A stretch of 64,000 nt of DNA from Octopus bimaculoides (lineage: Eukaryota). The stretch spans positions 28,999,027-29,063,026 of the forward strand of contig NC_068983.1 of assembly GCF_001194135.2 (NCBI RefSeq), in the 5' to 3' direction. The stretch's first letter is position 1, and the number at the start of each line of letters is the position of its first letter. Position numbers and translations under genes: made by a program. The notes under the pieces were generated by a model. The model ran no database searches. It saw only the letters and a program-made list of their open reading frames with translations, and was not told the DNA's origin. Below are positions 50,830-63,740 of this stretch, piece after piece.

Positions 50830-51345
50830 AACACCACTATAGTTGGTGTAGTGGTCATATTGTTAGGAGAGAAATAGATAAAGTATTGAAGTAGTTAGAG
50901 AAAGAGAATAATTACGCTTAGACTAGGTATGGGCACTGAATGCAGAGGATGTGTGATGGTGGAAAAAAATGAAGTGAACATGTTCTTTTGGTTGTGTGAT
51001 GTTGGTGTGCATGTAAAACAGATCGCAAATAAGCTGAATGGAAAACTGGGTATAAAAGGAATCAGCTGTAGTGGTAAGATGAGAAAGACTGATCTGTTAT
51101 TGATGTGTATAAAGGATTGTAGTTAGGTAAAGAAGTGCTTAATATTCCATGTGGGAGAAAGCTGAGGAGGAGGAAGACATGGAAGAAAATAATAAAAAGA
51201 AAATGGTGGAAGTTGACCTCAGGAAGCTAAACTTTATGAACGAGATGACAAAGGACCATGAAAAATAGTGAAATCTTATGTTGAAAAGGACTTATTCAAC
51301 CTTGGAAAGCATGGAAAAATGATTCAAATGATGATGATGATGACA
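50830..51345 (+). mobile_element. Decayed RTE LINE 3' fragment with (GAT)n tail
   Basis: EKNEVNMFFWLCDVGVHVKQIANKLNGKLGIKGISC resembles the RTE region preceding RRLRWYGHV; tail CCTTGGAAAGCATGGAAAAATG...ATGATGATG. Confidence 0.72.
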
Positions 51346-51467
51346 ATGGTGACAATAATGACGATGATGATGATAATGATGTTGATGACGGTGATATACT
51401 ACTTTGCAAATGGTGTAATAAACAAAACAAGATTACTCAATACACATAGTAGAGTGAAATAGTTTAT

Positions 51468-51668
51468 TCTTTTACTCTTTTAATTGTTTCAGTCATTTGA
51501 CTGCGGCCATGCTGGAGCACCGCCTTTAGTCAAGCAAATCGACCCCGAGACTTATTCTTTGTAAGCCTAGTATCTATTCTATCGGTCTCTCTTTGCCAAA
51601 CCGCTAAGTGACGGGGACATAAACACACCAGCATCGGTTATCAAGCAATGCTAGGGGGACAAACACAG

Positions 51669-51721
<53 letters not shown>

Positions 51722-51884
51722 ACGGGCTTCTTTCAGTTTCTGTCTACTGAATCCACTCACAAGACTTTGGTCAGCCCAAGGCTATAGTAGAAGACACTTG
51801 CCCAAGGTGCCATGCAGTGGAACTGAACCCGGAACCGTGTGGTTGGTAAGCAAGCTACTTACCACACAGCCACTCCTGCGCCTA
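51468..51884 (-). mobile_element. Full-length young SINE-A
   Basis: Near consensus. Confidence 0.95.
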
Positions 51885-53862
51885 GTTATAAATTCATAGC
51901 AGTATATGTGTGTCTGATTGTGTGTAGGTGTGTTCTGACAATGGATTACAGAAATCTTGGGGCACTATATTCAAGGGTTTTTAGTCAATTATATTGACCG
52001 TGGTACTTTGTCTGTAGAGAGATAGAAGGAAGTCATTAAAATTAATAATATTTGTATACCACAGGAGATGATCTGATGTTGGTATCTAATTAGTAAAGTT
52101 GGTGCAACAAATCAATTCTAATTGATCTGATTTACTCAAGAACAACAGCAACAACAAAGTTGGGTCTAAAGAGATCAATACTATTTTAGAGCCAATGAGA
52201 AAGCCGCTTTGTAATTTCCTGACTTGTTAGAAATTGCAACCAAGCCACCCTCAAATTGTAATAACCCACTGTCTTAAAAAAGATAGAAGAAGGGGTACAT
52301 TGGACAATGTAGTCCAAAATATAAGGGTAGAGGTCAGGATCATCATGACTAGAATACTTTTGATGATAGGTCTTCTTCATTGCTTCATCAGGGTTGACTT
52401 AGGACTAAAAAAAAAACATTAATTTGAAAAGTCAAACAGCTGAGGCTTCTGTTGATGCTTTGTATAGAATTGTAATTTTGTTTTTCTTATGGCTGTGTCT
52501 GAATATAACGAGTGTTATTCATCGTCTGTGATGCTTCAACTGAACTCCTAATTATCAATGGAGGGAAAGGAAGAAATTAAAACAGTTAATTAAGAATGCT
52601 AAACGATAATGAAGGAAAGCAAATATTGGTTGTTATTATTGATGTTATTGTTGTTGTTTAACCCCAGGTCAAACCTATCACCAACCATAATCATTGCATC
52701 TTTGTAAGGATATCTAGGACTACATTGTTCAATGTGTCTTTTCTCTGGGATGCAAGTGTGTGGTTTGATGAAGGTTTAGCTACTATTTTTAGGTTTTAGT
52801 GACTTCTTTGTTGGCTTAAGTAAGTATTCATTTTTGTTGTGTTTTAGTCCTTGGTCAGCTTTTGCTGACCTCTGGTTATAAGTTTCCTTATGAAAACCTA
52901 TGAAAAAAGGTCATTCCAATTATGACCACCCTGTCTTTCTGTCAAGTATTGTGTATCAAAGACTACATTATTCAATGCATCTTTCTCTTTGTTGGAGCAA
53001 CAGGGTGTAATAAAAGAGAGATTTGTTTGCTATTTCTAGCTAGCAGGTTCATGAACCATACAGAGGCATACTATTGAAATGTTTATTGTTGTTTCAAATA
53101 GGAATAATTTAAGCATTAAAGATAAAGACAAGGTATACAAAGTGATAAAAAAAAATACTTAGGATCAAGCTTAGGGATATCCCAGCCCTATGATTGCTTC
53201 CCATCATATCCTAAAAGACCAAGGGATTTTTTCCAATTGAAGGTATGATTTGAACTCAGCACACACAGAGTTGAAACAGACACCTCAAGGTATCTTTTTC
53301 AACATTTTTACATTCTATCAATCTAGTACCCTGCCCTGGTATTTTATGTATTGATCCTGAAAAATTACAAAATTATAAAATTGATTTTGGAACTGGTGTT
53401 GTATATAAACTATTCTAAACATGCCACGTATTTTTCAGCTATTGGACCTAACCAAGTAGACCATTAATCAAAAGCACTCGAACCATACCCATCCAATCTT
53501 TTTTTTTTTTTTCTTCCTCCTGGGATATAGTGTATCTACATCAGCATCATCCCTTTCGTTTTTAGATGGAAGGATGTGATTCAGGGAAGATTTGGCTACT
53601 ATTTCTAGTAGATTCAAGGCCTGCAAAAAAAGGCTCTATAACTGGCTCCTTAGTGCTCATTCTAATAATGTTGTTGGTGTATCTGTGAGAGCTTTGGGTC
53701 AACCAAAGTCTTTTGAATGAAATTTGTAAGATATGAACTGTCTGGAAGATCACTGTAGGGACTGTTTAATACCACAATTTAGGGGTCTAATTAAAGTTTG
53801 TACTAGCTGGGGAGAAGGTCCTTGATTATGCCACCCACCACCATCATCCTGTCACACAGAAA

Positions 53863-53913
<51 letters not shown>

Positions 53914-54821
53914 ACACTACATAATTCATATTAAAAAATATTACACTCTAAAAATGCTGCTCAGGAAAAAATGCTTACCCACATACACATAAGATCCAGG
54001 TGGTTGCTACATTAGTGCCATCACCTGATCCTTAGAAGCAGAATTCACTTAACTGCAAGCAGTTAAATAAAACCTTTTCCTCTCTTCTGCCAATAAATCT
54101 CAGAAGCCCTGAAAATGGCCATGCCAAGAGTATTGCCCTTCCCTTCTTCCTCTGAATAAATAAACCATATTTAAAAGAAAAAAAATTAAAAACACTTACA
54201 TAAACATCATTTATTGGATATCAGATTCACTGTTGAATATGCAGACAACTGATTAGCTATAAGTTAAAGTACATACAGTGCAGCCAATATTATACCTCCG
54301 TGTACATATTCTACTGCCAAAACTACAGTAGCAATTCAGGCCAAATCTGAAATTATGTTCATAGCTCACAGTTCATAAATATATATGCTTGTCAATTACA
54401 TATGATTACATCAGTGGGTCCGTGTGTGAAAGAGAGAGAGTGTGTGTGAGTTTGTAAGTATGTGTGTGTCTGTGTATGTGAATGTGCTTAAGCACTCTTA
54501 AAAGCACAAACACAAATACATCTTCACTTGTCTTGTCTTCTGGATGAAGTGATTATTTCTGGTGTTTACTTACAGCAATACTCAGTGCTACTAATAACTT
54601 CTCCAGAAGATGAGACAAAGAGAAGACTAGACTAGAAACATCAATGAATCATATAGGAACTTTATCATAAACAAAATATCAACGACTTATAATAAAGAAA
54701 TACAAAATACCCCTTAATAAAAATATTAAAACTCAAGAGCAGTTGTTTTCTTAAAAATGCATGTTGAAAAGAAAAAGTTTTCACACCACATCATGTACAC
54801 AAACTAATGAATATATATAAT

Positions 54822-55630
54822 TAGGTGCGGGCATGGCTGTGCATATAGGCTGTGCAGGTAGGCACAGGTATGGCTGTGTGGTAAGAAGCTTGCTTCTGAC
54901 CGACCCAAGCTGGAGTGCTTGGAAGAAGCACTAAGTTTCAAGAGTGAGGGCCGGGAAGAGATAAGAGGATAAGTGCCTCATAATGACAGGGTGTGTAGCC
55001 CTCAAAAATTGTAAGAGGCATGTGCCTCATTTTTTGTAATTGTGTTGAAAATTGTAAAGTAAGAGGTTTATTGCCTCAGTTTGTTAAAATTTTGTAATTT
55101 AAAAAAAAAAGAACAAAGTTTTAGAGAAGCAAAGTTCAGCGGGTGGCTTCGTCTTCTCCCATCTATATCATCATGTACACTATTCATTTCATCTCATTAA
55201 TGTTTTTGTCCAGCCCGCTTTGCTTCTTGCAACTCTGTGTTCAGCCCTAGTGGCTAATTTGATGAAATAAAGAAGCTTGCTTCCTAATCACATGGTCCCA
55301 GGTTCAGTCCAGAGCAGTAGTACCTTGGGTGAGTGTCTTCTACTATAGGCTGAGGCCAATCAAAGTGAGTACATCTGGTAGATGCCCATCGTGCGTGTGT
55401 GTGTGTGTGTGTGTGTAAAAAAAACTTTGTATCTATGTTTGTCCCCTACCACTGCTTAACAAATGGTACTGGTGTGTTTACATTTCCATAACTTAGCAGT
55501 TCAGCAAAACAGACCGACAGAATAAGTATCAGGCTTAAAAATAAAATGTAATAGGGTTAATTTATTCGATTAAAATTCTTCAAGGTGGTGCCCCAGCAAG
55601 GTCACAGTCTAATGACAGAAACAAGTAAAA
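54822..55630 (+). mobile_element. SINE-A whose head is split by a 373-bp insertion
   Basis: Head to 54896, resumes at 55270. Confidence 0.82.
54897..55269 (+). mobile_element. Unclassified 373-bp insertion with 14-bp TSD (probable non-LTR 3' end)
   Basis: AAGAAGCTTGCTTC duplicated at 54883-54896 and 55270-55283. Confidence 0.7.
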
Positions 55631-56147
55631 GATAATAGAAAAAAAAAGGTCATTACACACACACACGCATACACACACACTCACTCTCCCCTCTTTTTCT
55701 CTCTCTTCCTCCCTTTCTCTCTCTCCCCTCCTTTTCTCTTTCTCTCTCTCTCTCACACATGCACACACAGAGACATATATACACATATGTTCATTTCTGT
55801 TAATTTATCAAGAAGCAGTATTTTACAGAACTTAGTATGTAAAAGACAGAGTATTCTTTAACATTTCTTAAAAGAATGACTCTAAATTAGCAATACTCTT
55901 GAATTTCGCATTTCTGCTCTTTCAGCTCGTAATCTGAGATTGTTGCCTCATAAATCATTGAATGTTTGAATGTATTTTAAAATATTATATGAAAACTATA
56001 AAGAAATGCTTATCTCAACATTTTTTTAAAAAAAACTGTGCAAGTAATATTTATAAAAATGGCTGTTTCAAGATCATATTTTCCATCTCATTTCAGGCTC
56101 TCATGAGAATGCAAAAATAATCTATAAATCACGCATACATCCATGCA

Positions 56148-56187
<40 letters not shown>

Positions 56188-57011
56188 CACAGATGTACAC
56201 ATGCATGCACATACATACACATATAAATACTTATATTCACACACACACATACATATGCACACAAGCACAGACATGAATGTGTATGTTCGGATGAATGCAT
56301 TTGTTTAAATATATGTGAATGCATGTGTGTATTGTGTGTGTGCATGTGTGTTTGTTAAAAGTGTTGCATATGTGAGATCATCAAAGATTGGGGGGGCCTA
56401 GTAATTGTAGTAACATTGTGTGTTACTAATGCATAGAGAAGTGTAAGAGAGATTGTTTCCTTAATATGTATAACGACTGGTGTGAAATGTGTACATTAAA
56501 TCTGAATGAAGTATGTATATAGAAAAATAAAGAGCACTGAAGTATGGCAGCAATTGTATGGGTGTGTGTGAGTTTGTGTGTGTGATTAAAAGTAACAGGA
56601 AGGTCGTTAATAAACAGAAGACAATACAAGCCCTGTTCCTTCCCACTTACAAAATTAGGAGCTCTTCACACTTATGTTAAGTTCTCTATCCAAATAATTC
56701 AATCTCCTTGGTTAGTGCACTGCCTGCTTCATCACAGGTGAAGTAGTGTACCAACTGCAGAAATCAAGTCATTATTACCAAATCCATGGTGACATCTAAA
56801 TTGTTATCACCATCCAGCATTTCCTTCAAAATCCTTGACGTCCGTATAACTAAACTAACCTGCTTAGCAAATATTATTATTACAGGATCATTTGTAGACA
56901 AAGCAGTTCATCACTGCTTCCGCAAGATTAGTAAGAATTGCAACTCTCACATACTTCAACATTACATTGAATATGCAGCGAGTTTGTCTTTCCCCTGGTG
57001 TATGTTTGAAA

Positions 57012-57182
57012 TAGGCGCAGGAGTGGCTGTGTGAAAAGTAGCTTGCTTACCGACCACATGGTTCCGAGTTCAGTCTCACTGCGTGGCATCTTGGGCAAGT
57101 GTCTTCTACTGTAGCCTCGGGCCGACCAAAGCCTTGTGAGTGGATTTGGTAGATGGAAACTGAAAGAACCCCAACATATATA

Positions 57183-57215
<33 letters not shown>

Positions 57216-57548
57216 NNNNNNNNNNNNNNNNNNNNNNNNNNNNNNNNNNNNNNNNNNNNNNNNNNNNNNNNNNNNNNNNNNNNNNNNNNNNNNNNNNNNN
57301 NNNNNNNNNNNNNNNNNNNNNNNNNNNNNNNNNNNNNNNNNNNNTTGTTCCCCTAGCATTGCTTGACAACCGATGCTGGTGTGTTTACGTCCCCGTCACT
57401 TAGCGGTTCGGCAAAATAGGCCGATAGAAAAAGTACTAGGCTTACAAAGAATAAGTCCCGGGGTCGATTTGCTTGACTAAAAGGCGGTGCTCCAGCATGG
57501 CCGCAGTCAAATGACTGAAACAAGGAAAAGAGTAAATGGGAAAGAGTA
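57012..57548 (+). mobile_element. Full-length young SINE-A containing a gap
   Basis: Near-consensus head and tail. Confidence 0.95.
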
Positions 57549-58644
57549 ATCAAATTCTTTGCAAACTCTTGCTAACAAAGCACCAGCCTCTAGCTTCTTT
57601 TCACGTTCCTGTTTCTGACTCATACAGATATAGTCACATGTTTTTCCGTTTAGATTATTACTGTCCCTCAAAGCCATGATGTAAAACACAAGGCTGGAAG
57701 ATGTGTAATTACTGACATAGCAAAGAAAATACAAGGCAATTAAAGTTACATTGTGTATGGTGGTTATTATCATAGTGTGTTCTGTGCTACCAGGTAGAAC
57801 ATACTAACCTGGCTTTAGCAGTACTCAAAAATAAACGTACAGTTTTTTCAACAATTCTCCAATTGACATCATAGCTCACTGCTTTCTCCTTTAAAGACAA
57901 GATGCAATTTGATAGTTTTGATTCATTTCCTTTGTCAATGTTCTTTCAGGAAGTGGTACAGTTTCAACATCTTTTAAAACGTTCTTTTGTCATATAAATA
58001 TATCACAAATTGGTGCTAAGGTTAGGGTCTAAAGGTTTAACCTCTGCATAATATATGACAGGCTATGTATTGAAGAATCCATTTAAAAGGCATGTAGTAT
58101 TGTCCCTATGTGATGGCCAATGCTCTGTGTAGGAAAGACTAGGAAAACAGAGATTAGTGTGCAATCTGAGAATTGTATGCAACATGATGGAAGGGAAGAG
58201 ACAAGCGAGAGAGCTTGAATGAAGTAACAATAGGAAAGGTAAGGAGAGAAAAGAGAAAAGGTAGCATGTCATAGGTCAGAGGTTGAAGCCTATTTGTGTG
58301 TGACATAATGCCAATCAGTCATGTAACTTTTCCCTAGATGCAGTCTACAATGTTTTTGTGTGAAGCCCTTGGCTATGTTAGATATTACACTGAGACTGAT
58401 TGAAGGCACCAAATTGCATTATGGTGATACATTTTGACTATGTTAGTTGAGGGTGGCTTAGGTTCAGGAATATACTTAATGTGTTCACTTAACCCATTGC
58501 TTCCATACTTTGTTGTAAAAGCTTGCAGCTATATTGAATGTTGTTTGTCTGAGATACAAGAGTCTCTTTGCCAATATTACAGATAAGGTTTTCAAGAAGA
58601 ATGAAGGGATAGCAGGAGTCCCTGTTGATGCATATTTTATTTTT

Positions 58645-59005
58645 TATCTTTTACTTGTGGCTATGTTGAGGCATCTGAGTCAATCAAATCGTATTTCTTT
58701 TTTATAAGCTTGGTACTTATTCTCTCAGTATCTTTTGCAGACAGCTAAGTTACAGAGGCCTAAACACACCAACAACAGTTGTCAAGTAACGATGGGAGAC
58801 AAACACAGACATAAACACACACACACATATATATATATATATACAGTAAGCTTTTTTCAGTCTCCATCTACCAGATCCGCTCACAAAGCTTCGGTTGGCC
58901 TGAAGCTTTAGCAAAAGACACTTGTCCAAGGTGCCATGTAGTAAGACTGAACCTAGAACCATGTGTTTGGGGAACAAACTTCTTACCTCTCAGCCATGCA
59001 TGCAT
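58645..59005 (-). mobile_element. Diverged SINE-A
   Basis: Family motifs in reverse. Confidence 0.85.
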
Positions 59006-59029
59006 CTATGGTTTATCTGTATTAAGATA

Positions 59030-60260
59030 TAAGTTGACATTTAGGAAACCAACTATTGTGATATTAGTAATTACAGTAATACTAAATCCAAATTTATTAA
59101 ATGTACCAATTAGATCTTTCTTTATCCAATCTCAGTCGTGTCCATTTATATTGTTAGAAATAGCTAGATTGCCATCCCTATTCAAACCTACATCCAATAT
59201 GTAAAATCTGGATTTTAGCTTATCAAGGATGAATAATCAAATCAGATCACAGACTTCAGCTCTATCAAAGCAATCCAAAGTGATATCAAATGAATCATTA
59301 GTATTCATCAAGCATACAATGTTATTGTTGAAAGCAGTATTTTCCTAGCATTCATGATTAAATCAACTTCATTGTTATCAATAACATAAAATTTTTTTTT
59401 TCAAATTCCAGGGCCTTGGAAAGAAGGGATTTGGAAATTGATGGGTAGCATTCAGCCACATTAAACTGGGCGAATTCTCATTCATTTTTATCTCCATTAT
59501 GGCTAAACTAGTTAACTACTGCATTATCATTCTGTTGTATCTTGTAGGCATTTCTAGTTTTTGTCATTTATGCAGCTGGGTACGTGTTTGCTAACTTTCT
59601 CCAGCTCACTTTTAGAATTGGTTTATTAGCATACATTTCAGGCTTGTGGTCTTTAAAGGTTTTGTATGCTTTGTGTTTAGCTTTGCATTGCACCTTCTTA
59701 TCAAGTTCAAGCAACTTTGCTATTAGTTTTGCACCACAATTAATGCCATTGTATATATTTGTGCTGGCTTTCAAATATTTTTGTGTGACATTGTTCAAGA
59801 GTATGCATGCTTGTCTAGTTTGAACAGGATTTTTGGGGGGTTTTTGGGGGTTTTTTTTATCAGAATAGTGTAGATTTCTTTGGAGAATTCATTATATAGT
59901 CACAATATCAGATTATAAATTTCAGTTTATGTTGGAAAGCATTGCAATGTTTTGTTTGGTCTTTTTTAATATATTTTACCATACTGATTATTTCTATATT
60001 TTCTTCAAAATTCTCAAGTTCTTTTATCTATGGTAAGCAGTTGTGATCGTAGTGGATAGTATTTTCATTACAACTGTATTGTATAGTGGTATTCTCTGAT
60101 TGTTTTCATGAAAATGCACATCCAGTGCATTTTTTTTTTTAATGAATTCTTCCACTTTATTTATTAGCCATATGCTATATATCTTGTGCAGTGACAGACA
60201 CAATTTCCACTGAATACAGGAGAATGTTTAATTCTATGTTCAAACTATCCTTCTTAGATC
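59030..60260 (-). mobile_element. Decayed Penelope-like element reverse transcriptase region
   Basis: INKVEEFIKK.MHW, TFKDHKP, FNVAECYPSISKSLLSKALEF, FDITLDCFDRAEVCDLI, GLNRDG, IVGFLNVNL correspond to PLE motifs LKDHKP, FYPSI, FDVTMGSYDGAEVCELVG, GLYRDD, FLDV. Confidence 0.85.
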
Positions 60261-60603
60261 ATTAAGAGTGCTCAACACAGTGTAGCAGTATACAGCTAGT
60301 AGTGTTTGCGAGATCATTTACAAAGTGAAAACATAAATGAAGGAAAAGAGAACTCAATGAGATATTAGCCATCAAAGCAGACTTTGTAACAAATATTTAT
60401 TAACACAGCCAACTTAACTTGGATGAGCTGTTTTAAATGCTGTAGGCTGTGGTAATTGTCCTGAAAACAAATCATCTTGTATAGACATTAGGTGTTACAA
60501 AAGCACAGATTATATTAGCAGACAAAAATTTTGTCAGCATTGTTGTATTAGATAGGACTGGTGTATTTTATGATTTTAGTATAAATTGTGCATCATCAGC
60601 ATT

Positions 60604-61812
60604 ATAGGCATAGGAGTGGCTGTGTGGTAAGTAGCTTGCTTACGAACTTCATGGTTCCAGGTTCAGTCCCACAGAGTGGCACCTTGGGCAAGTGTCTTCT
60701 ACTATAGCCTCAGGCTGACCAAAGCCTTGTGAGTGGATGTGGTAGACGGAAACTGAAAGAAGCCCGTCATATATATATATATATATATATAACGTGAGAG
60801 AGTTAGGGGTTGGGGGTACAACCCACTAAGGGATAGTATCTATCCAGTATACTGCTGGGAGGGTACCCAATTATTGCTACACTAGTGCTATACTAGGTGC
60901 AATCAATGGGAGCGGGTAAAAGTGGAGGTTTTACCCAAAATTTGTGTAACAATTAGAAAATGGAGGATAATATGCTGAACCCAACTACTTGCAGATGGTG
61001 TATCCCGTTGAATTCATTAATTTAATTCATAGCAANNNNNNNNNNNNNNNNNNNNNNNNNNNNNNNNNNNNNNNNNNNNNNNNNNNNNNNNNNNNNNNNN
61101 NNNNNNNNNNNNNNNNNNNNNNNNNNNNNNNNNNNNNNNNNNNNNNNNNNNNNNNNNNNNNNNNNNNNNNNNNNNNNNNNNNNNNNNNNNNNNNNNNNNN
61201 NNNNNNNNNNNNNNNNNNNNNNNNNNNNNNNNNNNNNNNNNNNNNNNNNNNNNNNNNNNNNNNNNNNNNNNNNNNNNNNNNNNNNNNNNNNNNNNNNNNN
61301 NNNNNNNNNNNNNNNNNNNNNNNNNNNNNNNNNNNNNNNNNNNNNNNNNNNNNNNNNNNNNNNNNNNNNNNNNNNNNNNNNNNNNNNNNNNNNNNNNNNN
61401 NNNNNNNNNNNNNNNNNNNNNNNNNNNNNNNNNNNNNNNNNNNNNNNNNNNNNNNNNNNNNNNNNNNNNNNNNNNNNNNNNNNNNNNNNNNNNNNNNNNN
61501 NNNNNNNNNNNNNNNNNNNNNNNNNNNNNNNNNNNNNNNNNNNNNNNNNNNNNNNNNNNNNNNNNNNNNNNNNNNNNNNNNNNNNNNNNNNNNNNNNNNN
61601 NNNNNNNNNNNNTTGTCCCCCGCAACATCGCTTGACAACCGATGCTGGTGTGTTTACGTCCCCGCTATTCAGCAGTTCGGCAAAAGAGACTGATAGAATA
61701 AGTACTAGGCTCACAGAATAAGTCCTGGGGTCGATTTGCTCGCCTAAAGGCGGTGCTCCAGCCTGGCCACAGTCAAATGACTGAAACAAGTAAAAGAGTA
61801 AAAGAGTGAAAG
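60604..61812 (+). mobile_element. SINE-A with an unidentified insert of at least 245 bp and a gap in its microsatellite
   Basis: Head 60604-60790, unique sequence 60791-61035, gap, tail 61613-61812. The two halves may belong to different copies. Confidence 0.7.
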
Positions 61813-61880
61813 AGCAATTTACACTGAAATTATGTAATACAAATAGTCTCAACCACCAGTGCTGAGGAAATTTTCGTTTA

Positions 61881-62409
61881 TGAAGTCGTATCAAAAATTT
61901 CCTAGGCTAGTTTTGTAGTGTGCCAACAGATGGCAGCACACAGTTGTGTGAGCAGTGAGAGCTAGCAGTGACCTTCATGAGACAGTGTGCCAAATGACAT
62001 CACTGTGTTTACTTTGCCTGTTGTGAAATTTGTGTTTTTTGTGATCAGGTGTATGCTGTAGTCTGTGATTTTGTCGTGGACAAGAAGTTGGAGAGCAAAA
62101 TGTCAACATGAAATTTTGAGTTAAACTTGGGAAGTCTACTACAGAGACATTGAGTACAACCCTGAGACAAAGTAGCAGTCATCATCACAATAGAAGAGCC
62201 CTTCATCTCCATGACCAAATAAGGCACAACCAGAGCTGCAGCTCAATCAAGAGCATACTCTTTTACTCTTTTACTTGTTTCAGTCATTTTACTGCGGCCA
62301 TGCTGGGGCACCGCTTTTAGTCGAGAAAATCGCCCCCAGGACTTATTCTTTGTAAGCCTACTANNNNNNNNNNNNNNNNNNNNNNNNNNNNNNNNNNNNN
62401 NNNNNNNNN

Positions 62410-62446
<37 letters not shown>

Positions 62447-63114
62447 TACAACGGGCTTCTTTCAGTTTCTGTCTACCAAATCCACTCACAAGGCTTTGGT
62501 TGGCCCGAGGCTATAGTAGAAGACATTTGCCCAAGGTGCCACGCAGTGGGACTGAACCCGGAACCATGTGGTTGGTAAGCAAGCTACTTACCACACAGCC
62601 ACTCCTGTGCTCATCATTTTATTTTTTTGGGGCATCCAGACCATTAACTGAGATCTCTTCTGCAATGCTCTGAAGCATATGAGGAAGGACATTTGGTGAA
62701 AATGACCTGATCAGTAGAGCACAAAGAACTGGATTCTTCATGATGGCAATACACTCTGTCACCGAGCTCTCCTTACTCTTGAGTTTCTTGCCAAAAACAA
62801 CATGGTATCACTTCCACACCTGCCCTATTCACTAGATTTAGCACCTCCAAGGATCTTACTGTTCCCCCAAAATGAAAATGCAGCTCAGCGGTTGCCGTTT
62901 TAACACTGTCGTCAAGATCAAGACATTATTGCAGAAGATCCTTGACTTGTTTATAGAAAATTACTTCCAGGCTGGATTCAAAAGTAGCAGGAATACTGGA
63001 ACTGGTGTACTGCTGTGCAAGGTGGCTATCTCAAAGGAGATCATGTTAAAACTTAGATAAATAAGTTATCTTTTATTAAACATAACTAGTCCAGGAACTC
63101 TTTGATACCACCAA
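61881..63114 (+). mobile_element. Internally deleted mariner (different subfamily), interrupted by a SINE-A
   Basis: TIRs TGAAGTCGTATCAAAAATTTCCTAGGCTAGT / ACTAGTCCAGGAACTCTTTGATACCACCAA, TA flanks; EQNVNMKF*VKLGKS.TETL joined to YNPETK.QS..KSPSSP; WILHDGN, HLPYSLDLAP, LFPKMKMQL. Confidence 0.88.
62258..62607 (-). mobile_element. Young SINE-A inserted in the mariner
   Basis: Near consensus; the transposase sequence resumes on the other side. Confidence 0.93.
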
Positions 63115-63469
63115 TATAATGTGCTTTTTTAGCACCTAATGGCTAAGAGAACAATTTATCAGGATGATAATCACAGACTATAGCATTCAAAACAATATAT
63201 CCAAGCTAAGCTAGATATGCTAATTAATAGAGAACTCAATACCTTAGAAGAGTAAATATTTAATGCTTTGATTAAAGTTCAGCTTCTAGTATTCAGTTAA
63301 TGGAAGTTTCATATCTTCAGGATATTCATCATACTGGAACTGAGCTTAATGAACTGTTGATCCTCTAACAATCACATCATTTAAATCTTGTTCAGATAAT
63401 TGTTTGCTTACATATTGAGCTTGGAATGATGACGGTGTTCCAGTTTATTTCATGTGTGTGAGTATATTC

Positions 63470-63550
63470 ACACATACACACACATACCAGCACATATACA
63501 CATGAAATAGAGGCATACACTTACACATTTATACATATTAGCACAAACTG

Positions 63551-63625
<75 letters not shown>

Positions 63626-63665
63626 TACACTTACATACATACATATAAATATAAATATATATCTT

Positions 63666-63701
<36 letters not shown>

Positions 63702-63740
63702 CATTTATATATATATATATAAATATATATATAAATAAAA
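63470..63740. repeat. Compound (CA)/(TA) microsatellite
   Basis: Read directly. Confidence 0.95.
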
